Below, piece by piece: positions 22,970 to 35,171 of a stretch of 64,000 bases of DNA (position 1 is the stretch's first letter; each line of letters opens with the position of its first letter). The stretch spans positions 2,232,001-2,296,000 of the forward strand of contig OZ374565.1 of NCBI GenBank assembly GCA_977862235.1, written 5' to 3'. The position numbers and the translations under genes were made by a program. The notes beneath the pieces were generated by a model. The model saw only the letters and a program-made list of their open reading frames with translations, did not search any database and was not told where the DNA came from. This DNA is from Dudresnaya verticillata. Its lineage: Eukaryota.

Positions 22970-25900
22970 TCTGCAGGAGAAGCTTAAGGAAACAAAACGA
23001 TAGTGGGACTGTTGCAGTTCAACTGAAATATGGTGCTCACATTGGAGCTCCACCGCCCTGGCAAGCAAAGCCGCTTTTATAGCAAACTTTGGCGACTCCA
23101 TGCAATGACTGGATTGGGACAAGGGCACTCTCGGGCTGTGTCCCAGAGAGAATCAGTACATGTACCTTCTGCGGTCTGCTTCAACAGCAACATGAATGCA
23201 AGCTTCTGTAAGCACGCTGTCACGCTGCAAAGGTTTGCAATCCGGGGAATAGATGTAAATAAGGCGATATCGGATTATCGAAGTTTCGGCCGTGCCTAGC
23301 GACGTAGCCGACACGTTGAGCAGCCGAGGCACTGCTGGGGCAGAATAGCACAAAAAAGGCTACTGGTCAGCATTCGAGAACTGTTGAAGCAAAGCGAGAG
23401 CGGACTGGTAAACGAAGTGTTTGCAAAGGCTGTTTTTAAGCGCAATTGGAAAATAATGACAATGGAGTTCCCATGCACACCGGTCTGTATGCCGGACCAG
23501 GCGAACTCCCCGGACGACGCATGGCGATCCCCAGGAGGTGAAGTAAACTTGCCCGCATTCTCTACATCAGGTTCAGAACTCTGATTCTACTACAGATCTG
23601 TATTCTTGAGGCGCCCTTTCGAATTATCTGTGTGTTTACCATAAAGGTCCCCATCTCTCTCTTCGGAATACAAAGTATTTTGTATGCCCTAGCATTGCAA
23701 TCCTCATCAGACTATAGGACTCCATGAACGTCACAAGAAATCGCACGACCGCCGGGTTTGTGGGAGCCTTGGCATGGAATTATCCATGCCCAATATTCCA
23801 TCATCATAGGGCTATGGTGATGGAGTGTACCCCTATGGCCATGGATTATAGAGCTCATTGGCACTGGGTTTGAACTTGAGTCCAACTCATCGCATCTTTG
23901 ATGACCGTGAAGAAAGGGCTTCAACAGCCTCTGAAAAGCTACTACTATTACTCTTCGTATTTTGTCCCTTGCCCTGCAATGTGTCGCCCTCAGCGTCAAT
24001 CGGTACTGCCTATCTTCCCCTACCAGAAAAGCTCTTCTGAGTGACTCCGCTTCAGCTCCCTTATGGAGCGGTTTTAGTCTTCATGAAAGGTTTTTCTTTC
24101 TCTCTCCGATAACCTAAAGTGTATGATAACTGGCAAGTACACGTAATAAGTACACGTAACATAGCATTGCGTGACCCCCTTTGCTGTCTCCAGATCCAGA
24201 TCCAGATCCCGACTATACAACTCTGTGCCTCTGTGAAGTTGATCACCTCTCCAGTGTTGGGTAGAAATGTCATGCAAAGAGCGAATGTGGCTCGGTTGAG
24301 CCCAGGCAATCCTGAAACACGAATATAGTGATGGTAGACTGTTACTGTTTCGGTTAACATTTACTGTTTGTTTACAAGTGAACGGGGATGGGGAGGGAAC
24401 TTGGCCCCGTTGTCGCCGTATCCTCTCATCCTTTTTCATATTACTTAAAGAAGGTCACCTCGCCTGCCTCTCGAAAATGACACACTCTATGTCGACTTTC
24501 CTGTCCTCTTAACGGAGTCTATTCTTCCATAGACTATGGTCCTTTCCGGTGGCTATTTTCAGCTTGATCACTGCTTTGCTACAGATGCTTCAAGCTGAAC
24601 AAGCAGGTCTTGCGGATCATCTTGGAACACTTAGTTCCGCTCTCCGAGACTCGTCCTGTCTTCCAGTGTAAGTCTACCTTTTACTGTTCGTCTGCATGCT
24701 CCTTTAGATAATATAACCTTTTCGGAAACGAAACCAAACTACCGCTGGACCTGTTGTACCGCGTGTTTTGAGCGAAGTGAAACACCGAAGCGCAAGTACC
24801 TCAATAAAAACGTAACACAGTTCACTACTTTCGACTTTGCGGAAGCACTGCAGCAAAACACTGTTAAAGCAGACACGAACTTCGCTAATCTGCTGGAGAA
24901 TACTGGGTTCAGGTAGGTAACTCTAGTGCCGGAAAAGAGTGGGATATCGATACACTTTTCTGGAGCTCTACGGGGTGCATCCGTGCACCATCGGGTTCGG
25001 GGCACTTACGGATTAGCTGCAATTAACCGGAGGTGACCAAAGCTTCAAGCCTTTGTAAATCGATACCCGCATAAAGAGAGCCACTCTCGTACGCGAAGAT
25101 GGTTAAAGAAAGAAAGAAAAAGAGCGGAAAGAAAGAAGGAGAGGGTGGAGGGGGCTAGGTCACTGCGCACATGGGAGTTCACCCTCATCTGTGCTGAAGC
25201 CCGCGGGCTGCCTTTATTTTGGTCAAAAGCAATCTGTTCCTGGAATGTGTGGCAGCATCCTACTTATGCAATAGAAGCGGTCATGGTAAGACCACTAAGG
25301 CTATTATAGCTAGAACAATTCAATCTTATCGCAGTAGGGAGCATTTCCATTCTGAGATTGGTGCATCATGTATTGTTGGGTATGGCGATACAGTGACAAG
25401 TAAGGCACCACTCAACTTACCTACTGTACTATTTGACTGATGTAAGATAGAAGATGAGTACTATTAGAGAAAGTAAACATAAATGCCTATATCGGCAAGC
25501 ACAAGAGCAAAAAAGAGTACAGGTGTCACAACTCCAAGTATCAGCAGGTGTGCTCATTATCGAACCGAATTCAATATCTGTTAGCTGCGCCGCTCAGATC
25601 GTACAGTCCTCGCTATTTCGCGGCCTGCGTCGGCCAGCAACGGTGGACAAAGGGTTTAGAGAAGTTATAGGACACTCTCTCGTAGGTTTTGAATAAATGG
25701 TAGATCTCTTCACTATGTCCGTGATCAGATGCCTAGTTTATCAGAGGCACTACTCTCTGCCTCTATTTATACCCAGCTAGCTAATACTAGGGATACTCTA
25801 TTACACTTACCATTTCCTTAACAGCTGCGCATACACGATACTCAGATGATCTCTTGTATGACAAGGATACAATAACTGCTTCTATCAATTTCCACTTGGA

Positions 25901-26999
25901 TGCTTCAGCAGGGAAGCAAGTGTATACAATTGTAACATATATCCTGTATGTCAAACAACTAATAGAGTTGTATTGCAACATTGTTCACAAGGGTTGCATT
26001 GTACAAACAATCCCAGCAAAATTTCCATCGCATAGATACGTTTGTCCAGGCACTGCATTGCTGCAGAGAGTCGGTTCGCACTGTGCAGAGTACAGCATTG
26101 CCTATAATGGCAGGGTCCGAGAACAGGCAGTAATCTTTCCCGACAGGATCCCTTCCTGGGACTGCACCTGTTGCACAGCCCAACGTTCCCGTGGTCGGGA
26201 GTACCCCCAGGCTAGCGGTGCCGCTCGGGTGTTATACTGCCCATACTCACAAGGACGTAGAACCCTTGCATACTTATAGAGTTCGAGCTCTACAGTCAAT
26301 CAAAATAATTCTTCAAGCTTCCCGCAGTATTAAGAAAAACCCAGCCAAGGAACAAGCTGAACCACAACTGTAGAGCTGTTCCGCATGGAGGTCAAACCGG
26401 TAGGACATCAATAGATGTAATAATAATAGAACATCACTAATATTAATAATCAGGTTTACTTGTGCACATAGTCGAGCGGGTCGAAGTAAACAGCTAGCTT
26501 TCAATGTGAGTATAATCGTCGTACCCAATGGTTGTAGCTTCAGTAAAGTTCCATGTCGAACAGGTCGAGGTTATCGCGTCTATTGCGCATCATATTCGTA
26601 GATCATGGTACGTTCTTCGGTACTTCTTGGTACGTTCTTCTGCGCAGAGCAGTTCATTCTCGTCTGCCCTTCTAGTATATTATATACTAAATATCACAGT
26701 TGTTGCAATACTAATTATTGTGTTACTATACAGTTGTTGGTCATACCAGAACATCTAGCGATCTCATACAGATAGCGGTGGATTGCAATACTAGAGTAGG
26801 CTACAGCTGTGTGTCTCGGTACTCGGATAGAACTCCATTGGGGATGTACAATCAGAAGCAGCCGTAGCAATGCAGTTGTCTATAATACACAACTAAGCCC
26901 CGCCAACGAATTTGTGGAGCCAGCAATAATTGGATAGCATGAGAACTTTCTTCAGAAGAGCGGCGGGTGCTTTAGCAAGCGCCAGGTCTCCTGGGGACT

Positions 27000-27290
27000 A
27001 CATGTTCAAGAGAGGGGGGACCTTTATGTATGCAGAATCCAGAAAGGGACGCTAGTTCGCCTCAGAGGCTAAAGGAACAAGGGAGAGGGCAAGCCGGCGG
27101 CAGTTGATAGCTAAAGATTGACAGCGAAGTAAATGAGGGATATAACGGACAGTGAGTGCATGACTTTCATCCGGCGGGTTACTGCCCCGGTAGTCGGCCG
27201 CGTAGAATCCAATAGTTCGAAGGACCTGGCGAACGCCGGGGCCCACAGTACCATAGGTATCAAAGCTGATGGCAAAGAAGTCCATTCCTC
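27000..27290 (-). pseudogene. Degenerate 3' fragment of an RLE-type (CRE-like) non-LTR retrotransposon
   Basis: FFAISFDTYGTVG...QSLAINCRRL resembles the post-endonuclease C-terminus (P..M/F.T.GG) and the neighbouring fragments. Boundaries approximate. Confidence 0.5.
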
Positions 27291-27479
27291 CACCGTCCGT
27301 AAGAGAGAAGGGAGGATGAACGCGGCTAATTGCAGAGGATTGATAGCGAAGCTAGCAGATGAGAAAGAAAGCAAAATCGCGCAGTTCACGCCTATTTTCT
27401 AGCTGGATTGCTCCCATGATGCTCAACGGCATAGCAATATTTTCCCAAATGACTTTCTCAACGCTAGGGTCAAGGGCGA

Positions 27480-27785
27480 AGTAGGTATTCGTAACTAGAA
27501 ATAACGGAGATGGAGACCTTTATGCATAGGAAAGACTACAGCCCCGTAAGGGGGCTTATCTAAAACTCATCTCAAAGGCGACGGTCGAAGAGTAAGCGGC
27601 GGTTAACAGCCACCGCGACAGATTGAAGTACAAGAGAGGTGAGGTGGGTGAGAAGAGATAGTTTCTCAGATATCGGCGAAGTACCCTTCATAGTAGCTAG
27701 GAAATTCGCCACGCGCTGAGCGCCTCGATCGAACCCAGAATCAATGGCACCACAGATGTCCATCACCATAGGATGGAGATCTATC
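27480..27785 (-). pseudogene. Degenerate 3' fragment of an RLE-type non-LTR retrotransposon
   Basis: MVMDICGAIDSGFDRGAQRVANFLATMKGTSPISEKLSLL...VAVAVNRR aligns by eye with MVIDIYGHTGAGFDIGAQVFANFLAEKKGTCPLAEKHALL...VAVIVNHRR in ORF 38237..38785. Confidence 0.65.
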
Positions 27786-28399
27786 CGGTTGGTAGTAGAA
27801 ATAACAAAAATAAACTCTGTGGTTCGACTTATTTGTGTTGCGTTAGTGATGATTCAATTTTAATGGGATGTTTAAAGGTGGTCCTACGCCGGCGACATGG
27901 GCCCATTAGCAGACACACCAGCCCTGAGGGCCAAGTAGCGTTACTTGATATCGTTACAGAGCACACGACAGGGGATGTCACTGGAACGGGGAGTGAGAGG
28001 AGGGGGGCGAAGGGGACCAGGGGGCCGGGAAAGCAGTCGCGCAGAGATGGCGAATGGTACGGATCGTGGTCGAGATAGCAGCAAGATCAGCAGTGGTCGG
28101 GTTGGCCTTTGACAATTTGGGCAGGGCCGGTGAATGGGAGCGGAGGGTCGCGCGGTGTTATGGGCTTTGCGGTGGGATAGGGAAGGTTCAAAGATGCCAA
28201 CGGATGGCCAGGAGCCGATCTTTACAGTCAGAGAGGAGTAGCGCAGAAGGCAAGGCGTTGGGGCGTGGCACAGGAGAGGGGCAGCAACCCGCAAGCGCAA
28301 CTTTCCACTCATTATGGTTGTCCACAACAGCTTCAGCTTGGGGGAGCGGTTGTTGCAATGCATGTTGGAGGGAAGGGGTAGGGGCTTTGGGGAGGGCCT

Positions 28400-29050
28400 G
28401 TAGTTGTAGTGTCTTCTGGGCCTGCCACGATGCACGGGAGCCGGGTGTCCTTGTCAGCCGACACAGAGATACGACTAGTTTGTTCTGCAGTGTCCGCTGT
28501 CACAGTCCCGGGCTTTCCATCTGGAAAAGAGCGCGGAGCTTTCGCAGGCGTGTTAGAGGCATCCGCGGCGACCGCTGTGAGGTGATGACGCTGAAGAAGT
28601 CCGCGTCCAATTCATCGATAGCTCGCAGGACTTCTCCAGTGTAGGGTACAAGTGCGCCTCCATGTTCGTAGAGGGGGCGAATGACTGTGTTGTACATGAA
28701 ATTTACAGCTTTCGGTGTCATCTGCGCTGAAAGGAATCCCATGAAGTGGCCCTGCGACGGCGAGAACAATAGGTTTGCAAGCACAAAATAACGGGACCGT
28801 ACGATTTCTCAAGCCGAAAATCGAAACAGACTTCGTAAAGAACAAACCGAGCTCTGTTCGCTCATAGCGTTGGCGCAGGTCGGCTCGATATGCCGGCGGC
28901 CGGGAAGCGGTCTGTCATACAGAGAGAGCACAGAGAGAATGAAACTTCATGTACAAAAGCTGAACAGGGATGCCCCCCTGGAGCTACAGGGGGGTAAGCG
29001 CAAACGAATAGACGGCGGTTGATGGCTAAAGAAGACTGTCTCACGAAGCG
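28400..29050 (-). pseudogene. Non-LTR retrotransposon relics (post-RT region plus another 3'-end fragment)
   Basis: FMYNTVIRPLYEHG resembles the LINE post-RT motif (LY...IRP.LEY). QSSLAINRRL at ~29010-29040 matches the C-terminus of the neighbouring fragments. Confidence 0.5.
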
Positions 29051-29437
29051 CTCGGCGGCCACATATTTTCAACCTTGTGCTGCCATGACTCCCTCGCCAT
29101 GACTCTCCTCTTCTCGAGTGCTGTCTTCGCCATCTCGACTGCTGTCTTCTCCGCTATCAGAATGAGACAATTGTGATGGTAAACTTTTAATGGCTGTTTT
29201 AGGTGGCCCCACTCGGGCAACTTCACTCACCGAAGATTAATCGCAGCTACAGTAACCAATAAGAGCCCCACCTTAAAAAATCCATTATAATTGAATCATC
29301 AATAAGAGCCCCACTGGTGCACTGTATTGCGCACTCCGGAGTCGCTCAGCATAGTTTGTATCGCTCTCAACCTTTCCGGACAATACTGAAGTTTGCAGCT
29401 CTCTTACCCTTTACGGACAATACAGTTCCATATCGTA

Positions 29438-29646
29438 CAGTGGTGGAAATAAGTATAGGGCACCCCCCTAAAAGTAGAAGCTCCGGACAGTAGAGACAGA
29501 AGCGAATATTAAGGGGAGTGTTCTTGGCGTTGTTTGGCCCGCGCAAAACGAATCAGAAGCCCGTTTTAAAAAAGCTTCAATAGTTCTTGAGATATTCAAG
29601 AACGCGCCAATATGGGGTGGAAGTGCCTATAAGGCCCTTCCGCTTC
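29438..29646 (+). repeat. Left terminal inverted repeat of the Tc1-like element
   Basis: Reverse complement of 30800-31008; the mismatches I saw are at the inner end. Confidence 0.9.
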
Positions 29647-29674
29647 AGGCTCGACTACAACTACTAAACGAGGT

Positions 29675-30674
29675 TTAATACTTCGTTTTCAGGCCCTTGC
29701 GACACAGCAATTCGATACAGCGATTTTGCATCGACCCAACGAGGTTTCTAATAATTGTATCGGGAATTGCATCCCATTCCTTAAAAGATTACATCCAACA
29801 GCTCATTCACGTTGTTAAACTGCCTCGCATTGCGGTAAACGCGACGCGCCAGGAATGCCCAGAGATTCTCTATGGGGTTCAGGTCCGGTGACTTGGCCGG
29901 CCAGTCCGTAACAGTTATATTCTCCTCATTAAACCATTCTTTAACAGCATGAGCAGTGTGAATGCTAGCTCCATCCTGTTGAAACGTCCAGCTCGTACCC
30001 ATTTCCTTTTCTGCAAACGGCAACAGATAGTCCTCCAGCGTCTTCTTATATGTAACCGCGGTCTGTGCTCCTTCCAAGACAGCCAACTCGCACTTCTTGG
30101 TGCATGCAAAAGCCCCCCAAATCATCACTGAGTCACCTCCGTTCTGCCGCTTTGAAAATATTCGCTTTTCTCTTCTAAGGTCGTGCCAATAGAACGTGAA
30201 ACCATCCGGGCTGTCCAAATTGAACTTCTTCTCATCACTCCATACCACGTCGTTCCAATCGCAGAGGTTCCATGTCACTTTGTCTTTAGCCCAGTTGATA
30301 CGGGCATTGATGTGCCGTGGCAGCATCATTGGACAGGGCATCATCTTCGTGTACTGAAGATTGGGGGCAGCATTCAGGACTTTGCGAGCTCGCCGCGCGC
30401 TCACAGTCAAGGAAAGGGACTGGCGCAATGCGTTGGAGCCCAGGACTCCTTTCGAGGTCTCTCGAAGGAGGTGGCGTTTACCTGCATATGTCAGCTTTAG
30501 AGGCCTTCCCTTGCGATTAGCTTTTCCGTACGCGTTGGGATTGCGGAGATAGTTCTGTATGACGGTTCTGCTGCGAACAAGCTCCTGAGCAATCGCGACT
30601 TGGGACCACCTTGCCTTGTGGAAGGCGCTTATCTTGGCTTTTTCTTGTTCGGTTAACAACCGACCGTGAGGCAT
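29675..30674 (-). pseudogene. Tc1/Tc3-type transposase with a 1-nt frameshift near the C-terminus (ORF as read: 29781..30674)
   Basis: HTH N-terminus, WSDEKKFNLD, FQQDGA-34 aa-SPDLNPIE (DD34E). Removing one T from the T4 run at ~29783-29786 restores KEWDAIPDTIIRNLVGSMQNRCIELLCRKGLKTKY*, a typical Tc1 C-terminus. Confidence 0.85.
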
Positions 30675-30799
30675 AGTTGTGTCGTTGATGGAGCGTTTTT
30701 GGAAGTTGCCGGACTGCTCGCGCCTTGCCCTCTGCCCCCGCAGTCCGTTTGCAGGACGCAGACGTGGTTGCTGTTTCTGTTTCCCGCCAGTATAGACGG

Positions 30800-31008
30800 G
30801 AAGTGAAAGTGCCTTATAGGCACTTCCACCCCATATTGGCGCGTTCTTGAATATCTCAAGAACTATTGAAGCTTTTTTAAAACGGGCTTCTGATTCGTTT
30901 TGCGCGGGCCAAACAACGCCAAGAACACTCCCCTTAATATTCGCTTCTGTCTCTACTGTCCGGAGCTTCTACTTTTAGGGGGGTGCCCTATACTTATTTC
31001 CACCACTG
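30800..31008 (-). repeat. Right terminal inverted repeat of the Tc1-like element
   Basis: Reverse complement of 29438-29646. Confidence 0.9.
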
Positions 31009-31465
31009 GTAGTCTTAGTCTACAGTACTCCAGCCCGTTCGGGACTTGCAACCGTAGCAAGTTGGAGCATTATTGCATGGTTAGTCATGGGCTTCGTATT
31101 AGCGGTAGATCAACGCCAAGATGGCAAGGCATGGATGGTCCCGGCCCCAGGGGACATGCCCTCGTCACGATTCCATCCACATATACACGTCTGTGTACTT
31201 TTCCGGAGGAAAGCTGGCGAGCTGCAGACAAGGGGAAGCTTGGCTTTACCCGAGTTACATGCTGCGTGCAGGGCCAAGCAAAGAAACTGGAAGCAACACT
31301 TTTATTCATCTCTTGTGCTCCAAAACTGCAACATTACGCAATGCTGTGTTACGCTTATTTATGCGTTTCTCGATTGCTCCTATGTATATACCTCTCTGTC
31401 CGCTGCTCGGCGTAGCCGTCTTCACAAAATGCAAATACTTTCAACACAACCCCTCGCTGTTCAAA

Positions 31466-33001
31466 ATGAACTTCCGGTTAGACGACATCTGTTTCGCTCT
31501 TCCTCTCCTGCTATCATTGTTGTGGGTATGTCACGTTGTCAAGGACTACTTTGTCTTCCGCAGCATTCCAGGCCCGTCTATTCTTGAATACCTTCCGGGT
31601 GGAATACTACATCCTATCGTCAAGGACTTGGGCGCTTTTACACGCACCCTCCACTCCGTCGCCCGCAAGTATGGAAGAACCTTTCAAATTCGTTTGGGCC
31701 CCAACCGAGTAATCTTCACCTCAGACCCGGCCGACATGTTGCAGATTCTTCAACGCGATGCTGATTTTCCGCGTTCCGATCTTCTCCTCAGCGTTTTCAA
31801 TTTAGTCGTTCCTGGCGGCCTGTTCACCATGACTCCTGCTCAGCATGACAACGCCAGGCGAGTATTACGCCACAACTTTAATCACTCAACCCTACACTTA
31901 TTCGAAGCAACGGTGAAAAATGCTGTGGCAGAGCTGTGCGACTCTCTGCAAACCATTTTAGATAAGGCCCCACCGGGAGGCCGGTCAGATGTCGTGGATA
32001 TATCTGCCCTTCTCGGCCTAACAACTTTTCGGATACTAATGGGAATCGGTTTCGGTGCTGAAATGGACCACAAGCAACTTGAGGAGAGGATAGCCTTATC
32101 ATCATGTCTAGACGGTTTTGTTAAGGAAATCATGGACGAATATATTATGCACCCGTTGCGGCGATTCTCCTCAAAGTTTGGAGCGAGGAAGCGGCTGTTT
32201 GTGAGCAAGCAAATCATTGATAATGTATGTCAAGGCTTTATCAGAGCAAGGCTGACGGAGACGGCAGAAGAATCACAGGCTCGCTCTCCAGATCTTCTCG
32301 ACGCAATACTATCTATTAGTAAGGGGGACATGACGTTGGCCACCTCCCTCGTAGTCGAATTTTCTCTCGCCGGACACATTACAACCAACCAGACTTTAGC
32401 TTGGGCTGTTTACGAGATCTGCTGCAACCCCAAAGTTGACCAATTGTTAGCGAGTGCAGTCTCTGCCCGTTTCGGAAACCGCCCGCTGGACCAGCCTTTA
32501 TCTCTACAGGACGTTCGAGAGCTTCCTTACGTGAACAAGGTGTGGAAGGAAACTCTTCGTATACATTCATCTGCAGCTTCAACAATCAAACAGACCACCA
32601 GACCGTTGACTTTACGCGGAAGTCGGACAAAGATTCCAAAAGGGACGATGGTGATGACGTTTAATAGCTGGTCACACCTGGACCCCAAAATATGGCACGA
32701 TCCTTTGGAGTTTGATCCAGAACGATGGGGACATGGAGCTTCTCGAGGGGAAGGTGACAGGGTTCCTCCAGGAACTTACTTGCCGTTTGGCATCGGATCT
32801 CGAGCTTGTGCTGGCAGTTTCCTTGCGGGGTATGAGGGCGCCCTCACCCTGGCCGAACTATATCGCAGGTTTAAATTCAACCTAGCTTATGAGAAAAGTG
32901 AAGTAGAGGGCGTAACTGCCTTTGCCGAGATTGCAAGATCAGCCTCTATGAAGGGAGGAGAACTTGACAGCGGTGTTCGTGTTAGGATGGAGAAGCGGTA
33001 A
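31466..33001 (+). CDS. Cytochrome P450 (probable start MNFRLDD, ~511 aa)
   Basis: N-terminal membrane anchor, PGP hinge, I-helix AGHITT, KETLR (ExxR), FDPERW and heme motif PFGIGSRACAG. Confidence 0.95.
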   Translation: MNFRLDDICFALPLLLSLLWVCHVVKDYFVFRSIPGPSILEYLPGGILHPIVKDLGAFTRTLHSVARKYGRTFQIRLGPNRVIFTSDPADMLQILQRDADFPRSDLLLSVFNLVVPGGLFTMTPAQHDNARRVLRHNFNHSTLHLFEATVKNAVAELCDSLQTILDKAPPGGRSDVVDISALLGLTTFRILMGIGFGAEMDHKQLEERIALSSCLDGFVKEIMDEYIMHPLRRFSSKFGARKRLFVSKQIIDNVCQGFIRARLTETAEESQARSPDLLDAILSISKGDMTLATSLVVEFSLAGHITTNQTLAWAVYEICCNPKVDQLLASAVSARFGNRPLDQPLSLQDVRELPYVNKVWKETLRIHSSAASTIKQTTRPLTLRGSRTKIPKGTMVMTFNSWSHLDPKIWHDPLEFDPERWGHGASRGEGDRVPPGTYLPFGIGSRACAGSFLAGYEGALTLAELYRRFKFNLAYEKSEVEGVTAFAEIARSASMKGGELDSGVRVRMEKR

Positions 33002-33528
33002 TACATAAAGTCATTATGTGGCGTGTCAAATTTCTTTGTGAGATCACGCATGCATTAAAGACAAAGGCATTTTAACAGTACCAGGGACACAAGCAGTGTT
33101 TGCAAGGACGATCTGGCTCAGTATTCGTAACTGGTAGTTAGACCCTTTCCCAGGGTTGCTTCTTAGATTAAAATAAAGGTTGTGCTCTTTTCGTAACGAC
33201 AGCGTACGCTTGACAAACACCATTCGAACTCATGTTTCTGAATATTTAATCTTTCCTATATATAAACGTCCCCATCTCCTGAAGAGTTATCACGTTCAAG
33301 TGTTTCTTTAAGCCAGCAACGGAAAATTATGTCATCTAGACTGTAGAGTTCTGCTAATGCTGCATATACTGTGTCGTCCTGGCTCCCATTCTATTCGTTA
33401 GTCTGTGATTGAATGTTTGGGAAGAGGATAAGTGGTAGCAACATTAGCAATGGCGCGGTATCCGGTTGTATCAGGTTTATGTTGTAACAAACATGGAGAA
33501 CAATCAACTTCAGTACCAGACAGGTAGG

Positions 33529-33868
33529 TAAACGTCACTTTACGAAAGCATGAAGCTAGAGCATCCCTACTAGATACTCTTAATCACTACATAGGAGGCA
33601 AATCTGCAGGAGTCAAGCGGCGACGATTGACGCTGACGGCGACAAACTGCGTAACAAACGAGACAAGACGATTCAAGAGAGCATGTTTCTCAGCAAGCGG
33701 GCAAGTGCCTTTCTTTTCTGCAAGAAAGTTGGCGAAGACATGAGCACCGATGTCGAAGACAGCACCGGTGCGCCCATATATATCAATGACCATGGAGTGC
33801 AGCTCGATGTCACATTGATCACAAACAGCGCGGTAATAGTTACGTTTCACCCTTTCGCGGGCAAGGAT
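33529..33868 (-). pseudogene. 3' fragment (RLE C-terminus plus 3' UTR) of an older non-LTR family; inverted relative to 38503-38843
   Basis: RERVKRNYYRAVCDQCDIELHSMVIDIYG...VNRRRLTPADLPPM is nearly identical to ORF 38237..38785. DNA similarity extends through the UTR. Confidence 0.75.
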
Positions 33869-35171
33869 GGCCTGACCAGCGACGCGACCGGTTCTGCCCG
33901 GCAATGAATTGGTAGGTAACAGAAAAATATATATTGCCCGTCTCATCTTGTATGTGTGAAAAGGAAATGTTGCCTTTATTGTAAAGTCGCACTTCTTTCA
34001 GAGATGAGTAATGCTAGGAAAGTGCCGTATGGGCAAAGTGTGCAAAGGTCTGCATGACCAGAAAGGACGGTAACTTGAATGGTGAAAGCCAGAAGAAGAA
34101 TGAAATGGGTGTGGGTGGGCGGGAGAAAGGACGGAACTTGTCTGATTTTGGCATGGGCTGATACTCGAAGCGTCCATATATACGCTTAGAATACTACTAT
34201 AGTGTTGACGTAGAGCACTGCCAGGGTTGAGCTAGTTCAATCGATCCGATAGGCTTATCGGATGCTATCCTCCGATGTGTAGCAAAGTACAATATGAATA
34301 TCGTCGATATTTGCACAGGTGGATCCTTTGTAGGACGCTCGGTAGGACTCTCTATTCCCCAGAGTACCTTTTCATTCCGATACAAGGCTGTACATGACAC
34401 GAAAAGGAAATGAGCATTTATTGTTTTATTGGTTTATTTATTCATTTATTGGTATAACACCGCACTGCACTTCTTTCAAACATGAGCAGTACTAAAGCAG
34501 GATATTTTGATCTGAGCCCAAGAAGGCCAGCATGACTAAGGAAAGAACTGTTACTTGATCTATACGCTACGAACGGGAAGTAGGGGATGGGTCGACGGTG
34601 TAGGAAAGAATGAAAGTTTGGGAGGAACAGTCTGTAGCGTTCAGAGTGAAGAGTGCATATAAGTACATGTAAATAGAGTTCGTCAACTCAAAGCTAGCAT
34701 CACTGTGGGGGTTTGTTTCCAAACCATAAACCTTTATGTAAAGGTCCACTTCTTCATCATGAGTTTCCAGTGTAGCACATCTGCTTTCTTCGTTATGCGT
34801 CTCACGATAGAACTTCCGAATGAAGGGCACTGCATTGCTCTGCGTCGATAGAAGTTTGAGTAAGATCCTTTCCTACTCTTCGGGTAGATCCAATCCCCCT
34901 TCGTCAAGGCAGCAAGCATTGATGATACACTACCAGTCAGCGAACAAATCGTTTCTTTCCACCTCAACAAACACGCACTGTTGCCTCGCAGCGCTGCGCA
35001 GAAAGAGAGAAGAAAGTGCGATTTAAATCACACAGTCAGTGTATGCATGGTTGTCACTCTACATTGGAAAGTAAACAACGTTGTTTGTTTATCAGTGCCC
35101 ACTCCTTTTGTTGTTCCTCATCAAAAAACGCATCTACCGTTCTGATCTCCTTTGCCCTACACTCTCTGCTA

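Larger units (their letters stand above)
29438..31008 (-). mobile_element. Tc1/mariner superfamily DNA transposon (Tc1/Tc3-like, DD34E), ~1.57 kb
   Basis: TIRs of ~209 bp beginning CAGTGGTGGAAATAAGTATAGGG at 29438-29646 and 30800-31008. TA on the left flank, G-TA on the right. Internal transposase. Confidence 0.95.

Noticed and set aside
23700..26900. Possible RT relics (VGLKFKPSANELY near 23870; LIINISDVLLL near 26440, minus strand)
   Set aside because: Isolated motif-like peptides in stop-ridden frames; family and boundaries cannot be assigned.
31121..31465. N-terminal extension of the P450 ORF in the ORF track
   Set aside because: The membrane anchor and PGP hinge follow the ATG at 31466, so the upstream part is probably non-coding.
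34567..34975. Minus-strand reading frame interrupted by two TAG stops (possible pseudogene)
   Set aside because: No recognisable homology.
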